Source: Actinomycetota bacterium | GTDB taxonomy: Bacteria > Actinomycetota > CADDZG01 > JAHWKV01 > JAOPZY01 | NCBI GenBank assembly: GCA_025963875.1 | Contig: JAOPZY010000023.1 | Coordinates: 1 to 59,472 of the forward strand | Direction: 5' to 3' | DNA: 59,472 bases | Shown here: positions 45,193-55,065 of the stretch, piece by piece | How the letters are laid out: the number at the start of each line of letters is the position of its first letter | Position numbering within the stretch: position 1 is the stretch's first letter | Notes under the pieces: generated by a model | What the model saw: the letters and a program-made list of their open reading frames with translations, nothing else | The model's database searches: none | What the model was told of the DNA's origin: nothing | Program-made: the position numbers and the translations under genes

Positions 45193-48100
45193 CTATCGAT
45201 CTCCCTGCCACTCGGGCGGCGGCTTGCGCGCGCCCCGACCTCTCCGCCGGAGTGGGATGACCGGTATTGGTGCGGTTTCGCTGTGGACGGACCGCAGGCC
45301 GCCGAAGTCCCCCGAGCGCTGCATCGGGATGAACAGGGAGAACCTCGATCCCTCCCCCGGCGAGCTCTCGACCTGCAGCTCCCCGTCATGGGCCTCGATG
45401 ATGCGGCGGACGTAGCCGAGCCCCAGGCCCAACCCACCGAAGGCACGCGTCTCGGAGGCGTCCACCTGGACGAAGTCCTGGAAGATCTGGCTCATCTGCT
45501 CGGCGGTGATGCCGATGCCGTGGTCGGTGACCGACACCCGCACCCGATTGGGCCGCTCGGCGTCGATCTCGCCATGGATGGCGATGGGGCCGCCGTCGGG
45601 GCTGAACTTGACGGCGTTGTCGATGAGCTCGTCGATGGCCCTCGGCAGCAGCCGCGGGTCGCCGGCCACCGACGGGAGTGACTCGAACCCGGTGCGCTCG
45701 AAGAAGTGCTTGGGAGCGGACTCCTCCCACTTGGTGACCAGGTCCGCCGTGGCCCGGTCGAGGTTGAACGGCCCGGTGCGGACCATGAGCCTGCCGGCCT
45801 GCATGGCGGAGAAGTCGACGAGCATGTCGACGATGCGCTCCATGCGCTCCGTGGACGCCACGATCACATTGAGGAACGAGATCGCCTTGGCCCTCGGCAC
45901 GACCTTGCGACGGAGCAGGTCGGCGTAGCCCTTGATCGGGGTCAACGGGGTGCGAAGCTCGTGCGAGATGTTGGAGAGGAACTCCGTCTTCATCGTCTCG
46001 ACCTCCAACTCAGACGTGAGGTCACGTACCACCGCGACGGCGCCGGCGACGGTCCCGTCGTCGTCCGTGATGGGGGCGGAGGTGACGGCAACGGGTATGC
46101 CCTGCGCGGCAGCAGTGGGGTTGCCGGCGATGAACCCGGCCGCTGATCCCCCCGCCATGCGGTAGACAGGAAGCTCGACGTGCTCACCGGACGAGTCCAC
46201 GACCGCGAGTACCCGTTCGACCTTTCGGTCCCGTGCCCAGTCCGCAGTCACACCGGTGATGCGCTCGGCCTCCCGGTTGATGGTCACGATGCGACCCGTC
46301 CGGTCCACCGCGATCAGGCCGTCGGTCATCGACTGCAGGATCGTCTCCAGTTCGCCGCGGAGCCGGATCTCCTGAAGGGTCGCCTCCCGTAGGTCGGCGG
46401 CCTGGGTTTCGAGGGACGTCGTCATCTGGTTGAAGGCCTCGCCGAGCATCCCCACCTCGTCGGCCTCGCCCACGGGCACACGGGCCTTGAGGTCACCGCC
46501 GCGCACCTGCTCGGCAGCGTACGTGAGTTCACGGATGGGCCGGGTGATGCGGGAGCCGGAGACCGACGCCGCCCCCACCGCGAACAGGGTTGCGGCGAGG
46601 GCGCCGAGGAAGATCGTCTTCGCCACCTGCTCCTGGGTCGCCCCCAGCGTCTGCTCCTGGGAGATCATGACCGCCCCTACTCGCTTCCCATCGGAGCGAA
46701 GGAGGGGACCGGTTACGACGTAGTACGGCTTCGAGCCGACCGTCGCCTCCTTCTTCACGACGCCCCCCTGCTGGATGGCGCGCACGAGGATGTCCGACTG
46801 CTGGTCCTGCAGGAGCTTGTCCGCCCCGCGGTCAAGGCTGGATCCGAGCAGCTCGCCGTTCGCCCCGATCACCGTGACCGGGACCTTGCCCGGGAGCGGA
46901 AAGGACTCGAGGAAGCTCCTGTTCACAATCCTGCCGGCAACCACGGCCCCGATGACCGGGGAGGACGAGTCCCCGGACCTCACGGGGACGGCGCCCATCA
47001 CCACCAGCTTGCTCCTGCTCGCTCCGATGTCGTCGACCGAGGCGGTCGGCACTCCCTGCAGAGCCCAGCGGGCCTCGGGACTGCCTGCGATAACGAGGCT
47101 CTCCAGGTCGTCGATGCTCTGGCCGTTGCCATCTCCTACCTTCGACGTGAGAATCGTGCCGCCGCACTGAGGCTGGCCTTGGCATGTGGCCTGGGGAGTC
47201 AGGGCAAAGACGAAATCGACCCCCACGGTGCTGGTTGGCTGCTGGCCGAAAAGATTGTGGAAGATCAGGTCCACGGGGGCTTTGGCGTTGGTTGCTATGA
47301 ATGGCTTGGTCACGAGCCCCATGAGCCCTGCGACCGTCTGCATGCTGTTCGCCTGCTCGGCGAAGCGGGTCCCCTCGAACCCGACCTGGGCGGCTTCCGT
47401 CCGGAATGCATCGTCCCGGACGTTGATCGCGAAGGCGTTGGTGACGGTGGCCGAGATCAGCGCGATGACGATGATGAGCAGGAGCACCAGCGACGCCACG
47501 ATGCGTGCCTGGACAGACACGCGGAACGCCCGCCACAGCCAGAACCCGAGGGCGAGCCCAGCGAGGAGGTGCAGCCCGTGGCCGAGCACCCACGTGGCAT
47601 CCACGGTGTTCGAAGACCCGGAGCGCGCGAGAAAGACCTCGGAAGCCCCGAGCAGCCCGAGGGCGAGGGCCAGACGGCGAGCGCCGTCGAGGCGGCTCCG
47701 CAGGGCGAACAGGGCGGCCATCAGGGCAAGGACCGCAGGCCCGGCGGTCCGTGTCGCCGTGGTCAGGGTCATCGCCCAGAATCGGCCGCCCTTGCCCTCA
47801 CGGGATCCCTCAAGGGGGCCCTCACGGGAGCCTGGGGAGGGGCCCTCGGGGGGCGTCCATCCGGGGGGCGTCCATCCGGAGAACGGGGCCGGCTGCCCCG
47901 CTGCCGGGCTCTGCCGCAGGTGCGGCCTTCGGAGGCCCGGCTCGACCGGAAGGGGGTCCACCGGGACGAGCAGGGAGATGAGCAACAGGAAGTAGGCGAT
48001 CGTCCGCAGAGCCAGGACCCCGGTCAGGGAGTCGGCCTGGACGAACTGGGCTCCGTGGAGCGTCTCCGCCACGCCCAGGAAAGCCCAGCCGGCCCCGAAC

Positions 48101-48225
48101 ACGAATCGTGCCCATCCCCGGGGGGCCCACTCCGGACGGGAGACGGCGAGCCAGACGCACGCGAATGCGCCGACGGCCATCATGAAGGTGGCGACGAAGT
48201 GAAGGGGAGCGGCGAAGGCGCTCAT
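45193..48225 (-). CDS. Membrane sensor histidine kinase (multi-TM, extracellular Cache-like, HAMP, PAS, HisKA, HATPase)
   Basis: ITRPIREL...DEVG.L..AFN.M, SHELRTPLT, DNAVKFS, DHGIG, GLGLGL. Confidence 0.92.
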   Translation of the reverse strand: MSAFAAPLHFVATFMMAVGAFACVWLAVSRPEWAPRGWARFVFGAGWAFLGVAETLHGAQFVQADSLTGVLALRTIAYFLLLISLLVPVDPLPVEPGLRRPHLRQSPAAGQPAPFSGWTPPGWTPPEGPSPGSREGPLEGSREGKGGRFWAMTLTTATRTAGPAVLALMAALFALRSRLDGARRLALALGLLGASEVFLARSGSSNTVDATWVLGHGLHLLAGLALGFWLWRAFRVSVQARIVASLVLLLIIVIALISATVTNAFAINVRDDAFRTEAAQVGFEGTRFAEQANSMQTVAGLMGLVTKPFIATNAKAPVDLIFHNLFGQQPTSTVGVDFVFALTPQATCQGQPQCGGTILTSKVGDGNGQSIDDLESLVIAGSPEARWALQGVPTASVDDIGASRSKLVVMGAVPVRSGDSSSPVIGAVVAGRIVNRSFLESFPLPGKVPVTVIGANGELLGSSLDRGADKLLQDQQSDILVRAIQQGGVVKKEATVGSKPYYVVTGPLLRSDGKRVGAVMISQEQTLGATQEQVAKTIFLGALAATLFAVGAASVSGSRITRPIRELTYAAEQVRGGDLKARVPVGEADEVGMLGEAFNQMTTSLETQAADLREATLQEIRLRGELETILQSMTDGLIAVDRTGRIVTINREAERITGVTADWARDRKVERVLAVVDSSGEHVELPVYRMAGGSAAGFIAGNPTAAAQGIPVAVTSAPITDDDGTVAGAVAVVRDLTSELEVETMKTEFLSNISHELRTPLTPIKGYADLLRRKVVPRAKAISFLNVIVASTERMERIVDMLVDFSAMQAGRLMVRTGPFNLDRATADLVTKWEESAPKHFFERTGFESLPSVAGDPRLLPRAIDELIDNAVKFSPDGGPIAIHGEIDAERPNRVRVSVTDHGIGITAEQMSQIFQDFVQVDASETRAFGGLGLGLGYVRRIIEAHDGELQVESSPGEGSRFSLFIPMQRSGDFGGLRSVHSETAPIPVIPLRRRGRGARKPPPEWQGDR

Positions 48226-48346
48226 GGCGTCAGCGTACGACGTGGTGGGGCGCCATCCTCCGCAATTCCGGCGATTCCGGTGCTTCGGGCCCCCGCTGCC
48301 CCGGCTGCCCCCGCTGCCCTCGGTACGCTCGCTGCCCTTGGCGCCC

Positions 48347-49420
48347 TCAGGGAGCGGTCAGCGCTTGCACTGCCTCGTGCAGCGTGGACACACCGAGGAT
48401 CTGCATCTTGGAGTGCCGGCCGGCGGCGGCCGCCTTGGCCTCCGCCTCCTGCGACTTGGGGACGAGGAACAGGGTGGCGCTCTGGCGCTCCGCCCCGATC
48501 TCCTTCTGGGCCACGCCCCCGATCTCGCCCACGGTACCCTTCTCGTCCATGGTGCCGGTGTCCGCGATCACCCGGCCACGGGTCAGGTCGTTGGGGCCGA
48601 GCTGGTTGACGATCTCCAGCGCCCACGACAGTCCCGCGGAGGGTCCCTCGATGTTGCCGGCATTGATGCAGACGTCGACGGGCAGCACCAGGTGCGGTTC
48701 CACACTGACGCCGATCATCCGGGCGGAAGCGTTCTGCGGGTTCTGGACGACGCGTACGTCCATGGTCAAGGTCTTCGTCGGGTTGGGACAGGCGGACGCA
48801 CCCGTGGCCCGCACGACCTCCAGCTTCACCGCCTGGCCAACCGCGTGCGTCTGCACGATGGGTCCAAGCTGGTCCGGCAGGGTGATCGGATGCCCGTCGG
48901 CGGAGGTGATGACGTCGCCCGGCTGGAGGTACCCCGGTTGTGCGGCGGGGGTGCCGGGCTGGATCGCGGCGATCAGGGCGCCGTTGCTCGGCAGGTTGGA
49001 TTTCCCGAGCTCGCCGAAGGCTGCCAGGGTCGCGTTGCGCTGGCTCTGATCCATCGCCAGCACCTCCTGCCCGGGCACGTTGGGGTAGGCAGCCTCCGAC
49101 ACCACCTGGGCCGTCGAGTCGAGCCAGGCGGCGATGAGCTGCGGCAGCCGGACGCCGTAGTACACGCCGACCGTCGTCAGATGGATCGAGCCCGCCCGCC
49201 GCTGCACCGGACCGTTGATGCGAATGAGCGAGCCGGCATCCGGGGCCTCGCCCGGAACGAAGACGTCGTAGTGCAGATGGACCGTCAGGGCGATGCCGAC
49301 CAGCACCGAGAGGATCGCCAGCGCGATCGCAACCTTCGGGAGGCGCCGGTGGCGCAACCATGCCGCGCCGCCCCGGCCCGCGCCATTCGGCGGCTCGGGC
49401 GTCGGAGAGGTGCCGGGCAT
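48347..49420 (-). CDS. YlbL-family PDZ/Lon-protease (S16) protein
   Basis: TM anchor, MDQSQ.NA..AA, PDZ, IEGPSAGL, TGT...G.VG.IGGV.QK; start uncertain (could be 49519). Confidence 0.9.
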   Translation of the reverse strand: MPGTSPTPEPPNGAGRGGAAWLRHRRLPKVAIALAILSVLVGIALTVHLHYDVFVPGEAPDAGSLIRINGPVQRRAGSIHLTTVGVYYGVRLPQLIAAWLDSTAQVVSEAAYPNVPGQEVLAMDQSQRNATLAAFGELGKSNLPSNGALIAAIQPGTPAAQPGYLQPGDVITSADGHPITLPDQLGPIVQTHAVGQAVKLEVVRATGASACPNPTKTLTMDVRVVQNPQNASARMIGVSVEPHLVLPVDVCINAGNIEGPSAGLSWALEIVNQLGPNDLTRGRVIADTGTMDEKGTVGEIGGVAQKEIGAERQSATLFLVPKSQEAEAKAAAAGRHSKMQILGVSTLHEAVQALTAP

Positions 49421-49667
49421 CGTTTCTTGCACGTGTGGTTTTCCCGGCGTGGGTGCCTGATGGTCTCCCGGAGGCTTGCCCTCCGGGACCGCTGGGTCCT
49501 GGTCCAGCAGCGCGCACACCTGCCGATCGCCACCCCAACGGCGGCTTGCACCACGCCGATGTGCGCTCCCCTAGGATAGTTGCTCCCCCTGGGTTTCGTG
49601 ACCTACGAGCTCCCTCAGGGACTCGCGTTCCGGCGGGCCCAGCGGGCTCATTGGCAGGCACGATGTC

Positions 49668-51215
49668 CTAGACCCGCACGCGGCGAGCGAGCCAGACGAC
49701 GCCGGCACCGCCCACCGCGGCGAGGAACAGCACGGAAGCGATCATCTGAACCGAGACGGTCGAGGACGCCGGCTTGCCCGCCGGCCCGCTGGCTGCCCTC
49801 GGGGTCGGGACCCCGGCAGCGGCGAGGGGTGACCCGTCGCCGGTCGATGTCGGCGAGGGAGTGGGGGGTGGCAGCGAGGGAGTCGGGGCCGGCGTCGACG
49901 AGAGCGCCGGGGCCGGCGTGCCGGCCTTCGGCGCGGCCAACTGGGCCGGCTTGGCGACGACCGCCGGGACCGGCCTCACCGCCGGCGCGGCGGGGGGCTG
50001 CGCGGCCACCGGGAGCGAGGCACCGGAGGCGCCGACGGCCGCCGCCGCGTTGAGGCGGGCGCCGGCGGCGACGTGGTCGGCAGAGGAGACGATCCTGCTC
50101 GCGGCGGCCGAGTTGCCGGCACCGGTGGCCATCACCAGCGCCGCCACACCGGCGACGTGCGGGACGGCGAAGGATGTCCCCTCGCTGACCTGGTAGCCGC
50201 CGTGCATCGAGGCGAGGACGACACAGTTGGACGTGTCGCCCGAGGAGCACGCGCCGTTGCCCCCGGGGGCCCAGACGAAGGTGGGGCCACTGCCGGTGTC
50301 CGAATAGGAGGCCACCTCGTCGTGCGGGCCGGTGGCCCCGACGATCAGCACGTTGTTCATGCCCAGGTAGAGGGAGGAGCCGGGCGTGGCCCCCGGATCG
50401 GTGTTGCCGGCCGCCACCACGACAAGGGCGCCGCGCGCCGAGGCGTAGTCGACGGCCGGCTGGAGGGCCTTGTGCAACGAGGACGGGTCATTGACCGGCG
50501 GCGTGAGGCATCCCCCCACGGTGGACGGCGGGCACTCGAGCGTCGGGAACGGACTGCCGAAGGCATCGGGGCCCACCGACAGGTTGACGACCTTCGCCCC
50601 CTGGTCGGCCGCGAACTTGATGCCTTTGGCGATGTCGTCCACCGAGCCCGTGCCGTCGCCGCCGATGGCCTTGATAGCCAGAATCCTTGCGTCGGGAGCC
50701 ACGCCGGCCATCCCCTGGCCATTGTTCGTGGCGGCGGCGATGATGCTGGCCACCCACGTCCCGTGGCCCTGATCGTCTCCGGACGCGTCGGCGGGGCAGG
50801 GGTCCGGCTTGCCGCCGTAGCCCCGGCAGTCGTAGGCGCCCGCCGACTTCGAGGCCGGCAGGTCGGCGATGCCGAACTGCACACCGGTGTCGACGACGGC
50901 AACCGTGATCCCGGCCCCCGTGCTGGTCGTCCACGCCTGGGGCGCCTTGATGACCTTCAACGCCCACTGGCTTGCGAAGTAGCTGTCGTTGGGCGGGTTG
51001 GGGATGACTGCGAAGGCGGGTGCGGCGAGCAGCCCCACTCCGACCGATGCGATCAGGGACCAACGTGCGGTTCTGGCCGGGCCCAGTCGGATACGGACCC
51101 GGATTCTGACTCCAATTCGCGCGCCAAGGTGCGTGCCGATTCGGGGGCGGACGCGCTGCTGCCGGCCCCCGGAGTTCCTGTCGAACGGTGCCCCGATACT
51201 GCCGCGCGCGCTCAA
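49668..51215 (-). CDS. Membrane-anchored S8 subtilase
   Basis: VAVVDTG, HGTWVASII, AAGN, GTSFAVPHVAG, Pro-rich linker and C-terminal TM; start uncertain. Confidence 0.9.
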   Translation of the reverse strand: MSARGSIGAPFDRNSGGRQQRVRPRIGTHLGARIGVRIRVRIRLGPARTARWSLIASVGVGLLAAPAFAVIPNPPNDSYFASQWALKVIKAPQAWTTSTGAGITVAVVDTGVQFGIADLPASKSAGAYDCRGYGGKPDPCPADASGDDQGHGTWVASIIAAATNNGQGMAGVAPDARILAIKAIGGDGTGSVDDIAKGIKFAADQGAKVVNLSVGPDAFGSPFPTLECPPSTVGGCLTPPVNDPSSLHKALQPAVDYASARGALVVVAAGNTDPGATPGSSLYLGMNNVLIVGATGPHDEVASYSDTGSGPTFVWAPGGNGACSSGDTSNCVVLASMHGGYQVSEGTSFAVPHVAGVAALVMATGAGNSAAASRIVSSADHVAAGARLNAAAAVGASGASLPVAAQPPAAPAVRPVPAVVAKPAQLAAPKAGTPAPALSSTPAPTPSLPPPTPSPTSTGDGSPLAAAGVPTPRAASGPAGKPASSTVSVQMIASVLFLAAVGGAGVVWLARRVRV

Positions 51216-51353
51216 AAGCTAGTGACCTACCTCTCCCGGGGGATGGCTCTCGTCGTTATCTTCGGCCAAACGGAGCGCATGCTCGCTAGTCCTTGTCCCC
51301 AGGAAAACTATCTAGTCCCGGCTGGTCACCACGGGGTTTTGGAGGCCGAACGA

Positions 51354-52364
51354 CTACTTTGAGGAGGACGAGACGAAGAGGTCTTTGACCTCGTTGAAGG
51401 AGGCTACGCATTTCCCAGCGCCGAGCACGACGCATTCGAGGGGCCGCGACGCCACGTGCACCGGCACGTCGCACTCCTGCGCCAGGCGGGCCTCGAGGCC
51501 CCGGAGCAGCCCGCCGCCGCCGGTGAGCGCGATGCCGTGGGAGAGGATGTCCTGCGCAAGCTCGGGTGGGGTCGCCGACAGGGCGGCGACCACGGCGTCG
51601 ACGATCTGCCGTACCGGGTCCTCGATCGCCTCCCGGATCTCCTCGGACGTGATGTGGACGATCTTGGGCAGGCCCGCGGCGAGGTCCCGGCCCTTGATCT
51701 CGGCCTTCTCCTCCTCCGCCAGTGGGAACGCCGAGCCGATCGCGATCTTGATCTGCTCGGCGGTGCGCTCCCCGACGACGATGGCGTACTCCTTGCGGAT
51801 GTGGCGGGCGACCGCCTCATCGATGTCAAACCCGCCGATCCGGATCCCCTTGTTCACGACCACACCGCCCATGGACAGCACGGCGACCTCCGACGTGCCA
51901 CCGCCGATGTCGACGACCAGGTTGCCGATCGGCTCACTGATGGGCAGCCCCGCCCCGATAGCGGCAGCGACCGGCTCCTCGATGAGGTAGGCCTCCCGGG
52001 CACCGGCGGCCATGGTGGCCTCCTGCACCGCTCGGCGTTCCACCTCGGTGATGGCCGACGGCACGCAGATGAGCACGCGAGGCCGGGGCACCCGCTTGCG
52101 GACGCCCACCCGCTCCAGGATGAGGCGGATGTAGCGCTCGGTGACCTCGAAGTCGGTGATGGCGCCCCGGCGCAGCGGCCGCTCGGCCACGATGTAGCCA
52201 GGAGTCCGGCCGATCATCCGGTAGGCCTCCTGGCCCATGGCCAGCACCTGTCCGTTCTCGCGGTTGAGGGCGATGACCGTCGGCTCGTTCAGGACGATCC
52301 CTCGCCCGGTGACGAAGACGAGGGTGTTGGCCGTGCCGAGGTCGATGGCGAGATCCCTGCCCAT
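51354..52364 (-). CDS. mreB: Rod shape-determining actin homologue MreB/Mbl (stand-alone)
   Basis: DLAIDLGTANT, IEEPVAAAIGAG, VDIGGGTSE, GERTAE.IK, LTGGGGLL. Confidence 0.95.
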   Translation of the reverse strand: MGRDLAIDLGTANTLVFVTGRGIVLNEPTVIALNRENGQVLAMGQEAYRMIGRTPGYIVAERPLRRGAITDFEVTERYIRLILERVGVRKRVPRPRVLICVPSAITEVERRAVQEATMAAGAREAYLIEEPVAAAIGAGLPISEPIGNLVVDIGGGTSEVAVLSMGGVVVNKGIRIGGFDIDEAVARHIRKEYAIVVGERTAEQIKIAIGSAFPLAEEEKAEIKGRDLAAGLPKIVHITSEEIREAIEDPVRQIVDAVVAALSATPPELAQDILSHGIALTGGGGLLRGLEARLAQECDVPVHVASRPLECVVLGAGKCVASFNEVKDLFVSSSSK

Positions 52365-52627
52365 CAGCGTTCGCTTTCCTCGGCGAGAGTTGTGGGACCA
52401 GCAGCGGGCGCAGCGAACACGAGGTAGAGCACCGACCCGTGTTCCTTTCTTGAAGTACGGCTCTGGAATTACGGCAGTTACGGCCCCCGAATTCGGCGTC
52501 GAGCTTCGATGTCCCAGCTTCCGGGACACTGCGTCGTGCACCGAAGCCAGGAGTATATCGGTTTGGGCAGTTGGCCCGTCCGGGAGTTTGTCCAGTCGTC
52601 GCCCACTCCTCCGGAGTGTCCGACGAC

Positions 52628-52690
52628 CCAGGGGGGATTCGCAGCTCATCCGGCTCCGCTGCGCTCCGCCGGGCTGCTACTCCCCCCTGG
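52628..52690. repeat. GC-rich REP-like stem-loop (different family)
   Basis: CCAGGGGGGA...GCAGC..CCGGC-TCCGCTGCGCTCC-GCCGG-GCTGC...TCCCCCCTGG. Confidence 0.75.
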
Positions 52691-52699
52691 ACCCCCCTC

Positions 52700-53602
52700 C
52701 TAGGCGCAAGCAGGGGTCTCCTGGCTCGGCACCCAGCCGGCGAAGCTGGCCGCGGGTGGAGGCAGGAGGCGATCCTTCTCGACCACCAGGTACAGCGAGC
52801 GGGTCAGCGTCAGGCCGGCAATCCGCACCGCCACCGGCCCTTCCGGCCCCCGGCCCCGAAGGGCCAGACAGGAAACGAACCCGATGCCGTAGCCATTGCC
52901 GGCCGCGGAGACGATCGCGGCGGTATTCGAGAGCACCATGACCGAGCGGTAGGGGGGCACCTCCAGGCCGTGTTCGGCCAGCAGGGCCAGGAAGCTGAGG
53001 TGGGTGCCCGATCCGCTCTCCCGGGTGAGAAATGGCTGTCCCGCCAGTTCGGAGAGCTCGACGGACGTCCGGGAGGCGAACGGGTGCAGCGGGGGGACCG
53101 CGAGCACGATCTCGTCGGTGGCGATGGGGCGGTGCACGAGGTCCCGACCCGGGAGCTTGACGCCGGAGAACCCGACGTCGGCGTTCCTCGATCGGAGCTG
53201 GGCGACCACTTCGGTCGAATCGGCGATCTGGATCCGCGGTGAGACCCGTGGGTGGCTCGTGGTGAACGCGCTCACCAGGCCCGGGACCAGGAACTCACCC
53301 GGCGTCGTGCTGGCGACGATGCGCAGCTCGCCGGCGAGACGGCTCGGCTGCTCAGCGAGGTCGGCCAGGAGCCGAACGTGGCCCCCGACGACCTCTTCGG
53401 CGTAGGACCGCACCCGTTCCCCTGCCGGCGAGAGCTCGACGCGTCCACGGCGGCGGGTGAGGAGTGTGACGCCCAACTCCCGTTCCAGTTTCTGGATGTG
53501 ACGGCTCACCGCAGGCTGGCTGAGGTGGAGCTCGGCGGCGGCACGGGTGAAGCTGCCGCAGCGGGCGAGGAGCAGGAAGGTTTGGAGCTGGTCAAGGTTC
53601 AA
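52700..53602 (-). CDS. LysR family regulator (CysL-like / selenium-metabolism-associated type)
   Basis: SFTRAA.ELHLSQPAVS..I..LE, ASTTPGEFLVP, RESGSGT. Confidence 0.9.
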   Translation of the reverse strand: MNLDQLQTFLLLARCGSFTRAAAELHLSQPAVSRHIQKLERELGVTLLTRRRGRVELSPAGERVRSYAEEVVGGHVRLLADLAEQPSRLAGELRIVASTTPGEFLVPGLVSAFTTSHPRVSPRIQIADSTEVVAQLRSRNADVGFSGVKLPGRDLVHRPIATDEIVLAVPPLHPFASRTSVELSELAGQPFLTRESGSGTHLSFLALLAEHGLEVPPYRSVMVLSNTAAIVSAAGNGYGIGFVSCLALRGRGPEGPVAVRIAGLTLTRSLYLVVEKDRLLPPPAASFAGWVPSQETPACA

Positions 53603-53615
53603 GGTCGTCTCGTTC

Positions 53616-53679
53616 TATAGCAGATCCATCTATAACAATTCGGTATCCCGCCTACTTAGGTATTGCATTCAGGTATGCT
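53616..53679. promoter_or_regulatory. LysR-binding divergent promoter region
   Basis: AT-rich; TATAG-N9-CTATA palindrome, T-N11-A boxes ATAACAATTCGGTAT (53632) and ATTGCATTCAGGTAT (53662), TATGCT -10. Confidence 0.55.
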
Positions 53680-53724
53680 CCGCGGCTTGGACGTTGTTCG
53701 CTAAGAGGGGGCCAAGGGACGCAA

Positions 53725-54993
53725 TTGGGCGATTTTGACCTGGTCGGGATCACACCCGCCGCAACCGTGCAAGCCACAGGAATGGATACGGGCCCCGTCC
53801 TGCTGATGATCAGGAACGCGGTGGCCGGGATCGGCGAGGGCGACGTCCTCGAGGTGACCGGGGGCGACGACGGGCTTGCCGACGACATCGGCGGCTGGTG
53901 CCGCCTCAACGGCTGCGAGGTCGTCGCCAGTCTCGACGGCGGGGTCGACCGGACCTGGCTGCTGCGGAAAGGACCCACCGCCCCGGCCTGGGAGCAACCG
54001 GATTGGGGGATATCGCTGCCCCGCCGCGACGGCCGGCGCATCGACCTGCGGGACTGGTTCGAAGGCCGCGCCGGCGACGTACCCGACGTGGCGCCCACCT
54101 ACTACGGCTTCGTCCCGAGGGGCGCGGTGGCCGAGCCGGGCATGCCTGCGTACCCCTTCACGCTCAACACTAAGGCCGACGTCTGGGCGGACAACATCGC
54201 CGGCCTCTACGAGCAGGCGAAATCCCAGCAGTGGAACGCCTCGGAGGACATCCCGTGGGATCGCCTCGAGCCACTCCCCGAGCCCGTGGAGCGGGCGGTG
54301 TGCCAGATCATGACGTTCCTGGCGGAGAACGAGTACGCCGCCCTCTACATCCCCGCCAAGTTCCTGCCCCGCATCAACGCCCGCTTCGTCGAGCCGGTGC
54401 TGTTCCTCGCCACGATCATCAACGACGAGGCCCGGCATATCGAGGTCTTCACCAAGCGGGCACTCGCCAACGGCGGCGGCCTCCAGTATTCGGCGGCGAT
54501 GACCGAATGGTCGCTGCAGAGCCTCCTGCTCCAGGAGGACTACTTCAAGTCGAGCTTCCTGCTCCACGTGCTGGGCGAGGGGACGTTCCTCGACCTCCTG
54601 GCCTTCATCGAGCACCACGCCCCCGACCCGGTGACCGCCGAGATCGTCCGGCGTGCCCGCCTCGACGAGGGCCGCCACGTCGCCTACGGGATCGCCCATG
54701 TCCGCCAGCAGCTGCGCCACGACCCCACCCGGGTCGAGGAGCTGGTGGCCTCCGCCGAGGAGCGTTCGGCCGTGCTGCAGGCGACGACGGGCGTGAACCC
54801 CCCCGTGCTCGAGGCCCTGACGATCCTCGGCGGCGGCGGATCGTCGCCCGAGCAGCGCCGCCGGGGTGGCGGGGCGGTCCGGGACCTCCACCGCTCGATG
54901 GACGATTACCGCATCCGCCGCATGCTGCAGGTCGGCCTCGACCTCCCCACCGCCCAGAAGATCTCGCAGCTCCACACTCCGAACTTCATGTAA
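53725..54993 (+). CDS. TusA/SirA-like domain fused to a ferritin-like diiron carboxylate domain
   Basis: G.VLEV..DD.L..DI..WC...G (TusA fold); ENEY, DEARH, GEG, DEGRH ligand set. Confidence 0.8.
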   Translation: MGDFDLVGITPAATVQATGMDTGPVLLMIRNAVAGIGEGDVLEVTGGDDGLADDIGGWCRLNGCEVVASLDGGVDRTWLLRKGPTAPAWEQPDWGISLPRRDGRRIDLRDWFEGRAGDVPDVAPTYYGFVPRGAVAEPGMPAYPFTLNTKADVWADNIAGLYEQAKSQQWNASEDIPWDRLEPLPEPVERAVCQIMTFLAENEYAALYIPAKFLPRINARFVEPVLFLATIINDEARHIEVFTKRALANGGGLQYSAAMTEWSLQSLLLQEDYFKSSFLLHVLGEGTFLDLLAFIEHHAPDPVTAEIVRRARLDEGRHVAYGIAHVRQQLRHDPTRVEELVASAEERSAVLQATTGVNPPVLEALTILGGGGSSPEQRRRGGGAVRDLHRSMDDYRIRRMLQVGLDLPTAQKISQLHTPNFM

Positions 54994-55065
54994 CCCAACC
55001 TTCATTGCAGCAGTGCTGCCGGTCGGCAGAGCCCAGTCCCCGCATACTTGAAAGGAGAACCACCA

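Noticed and set aside
48288-48346. GCTGCCC(C) short tandem repeats
   Set aside because: Low-complexity intergenic sequence with no sign of function.
52365-52649. 94-codon in-frame N-terminal extension of MreB
   Set aside because: MreB homology begins at MGRDLAIDLG; the extension has atypical codon use and runs into a REP-like element.
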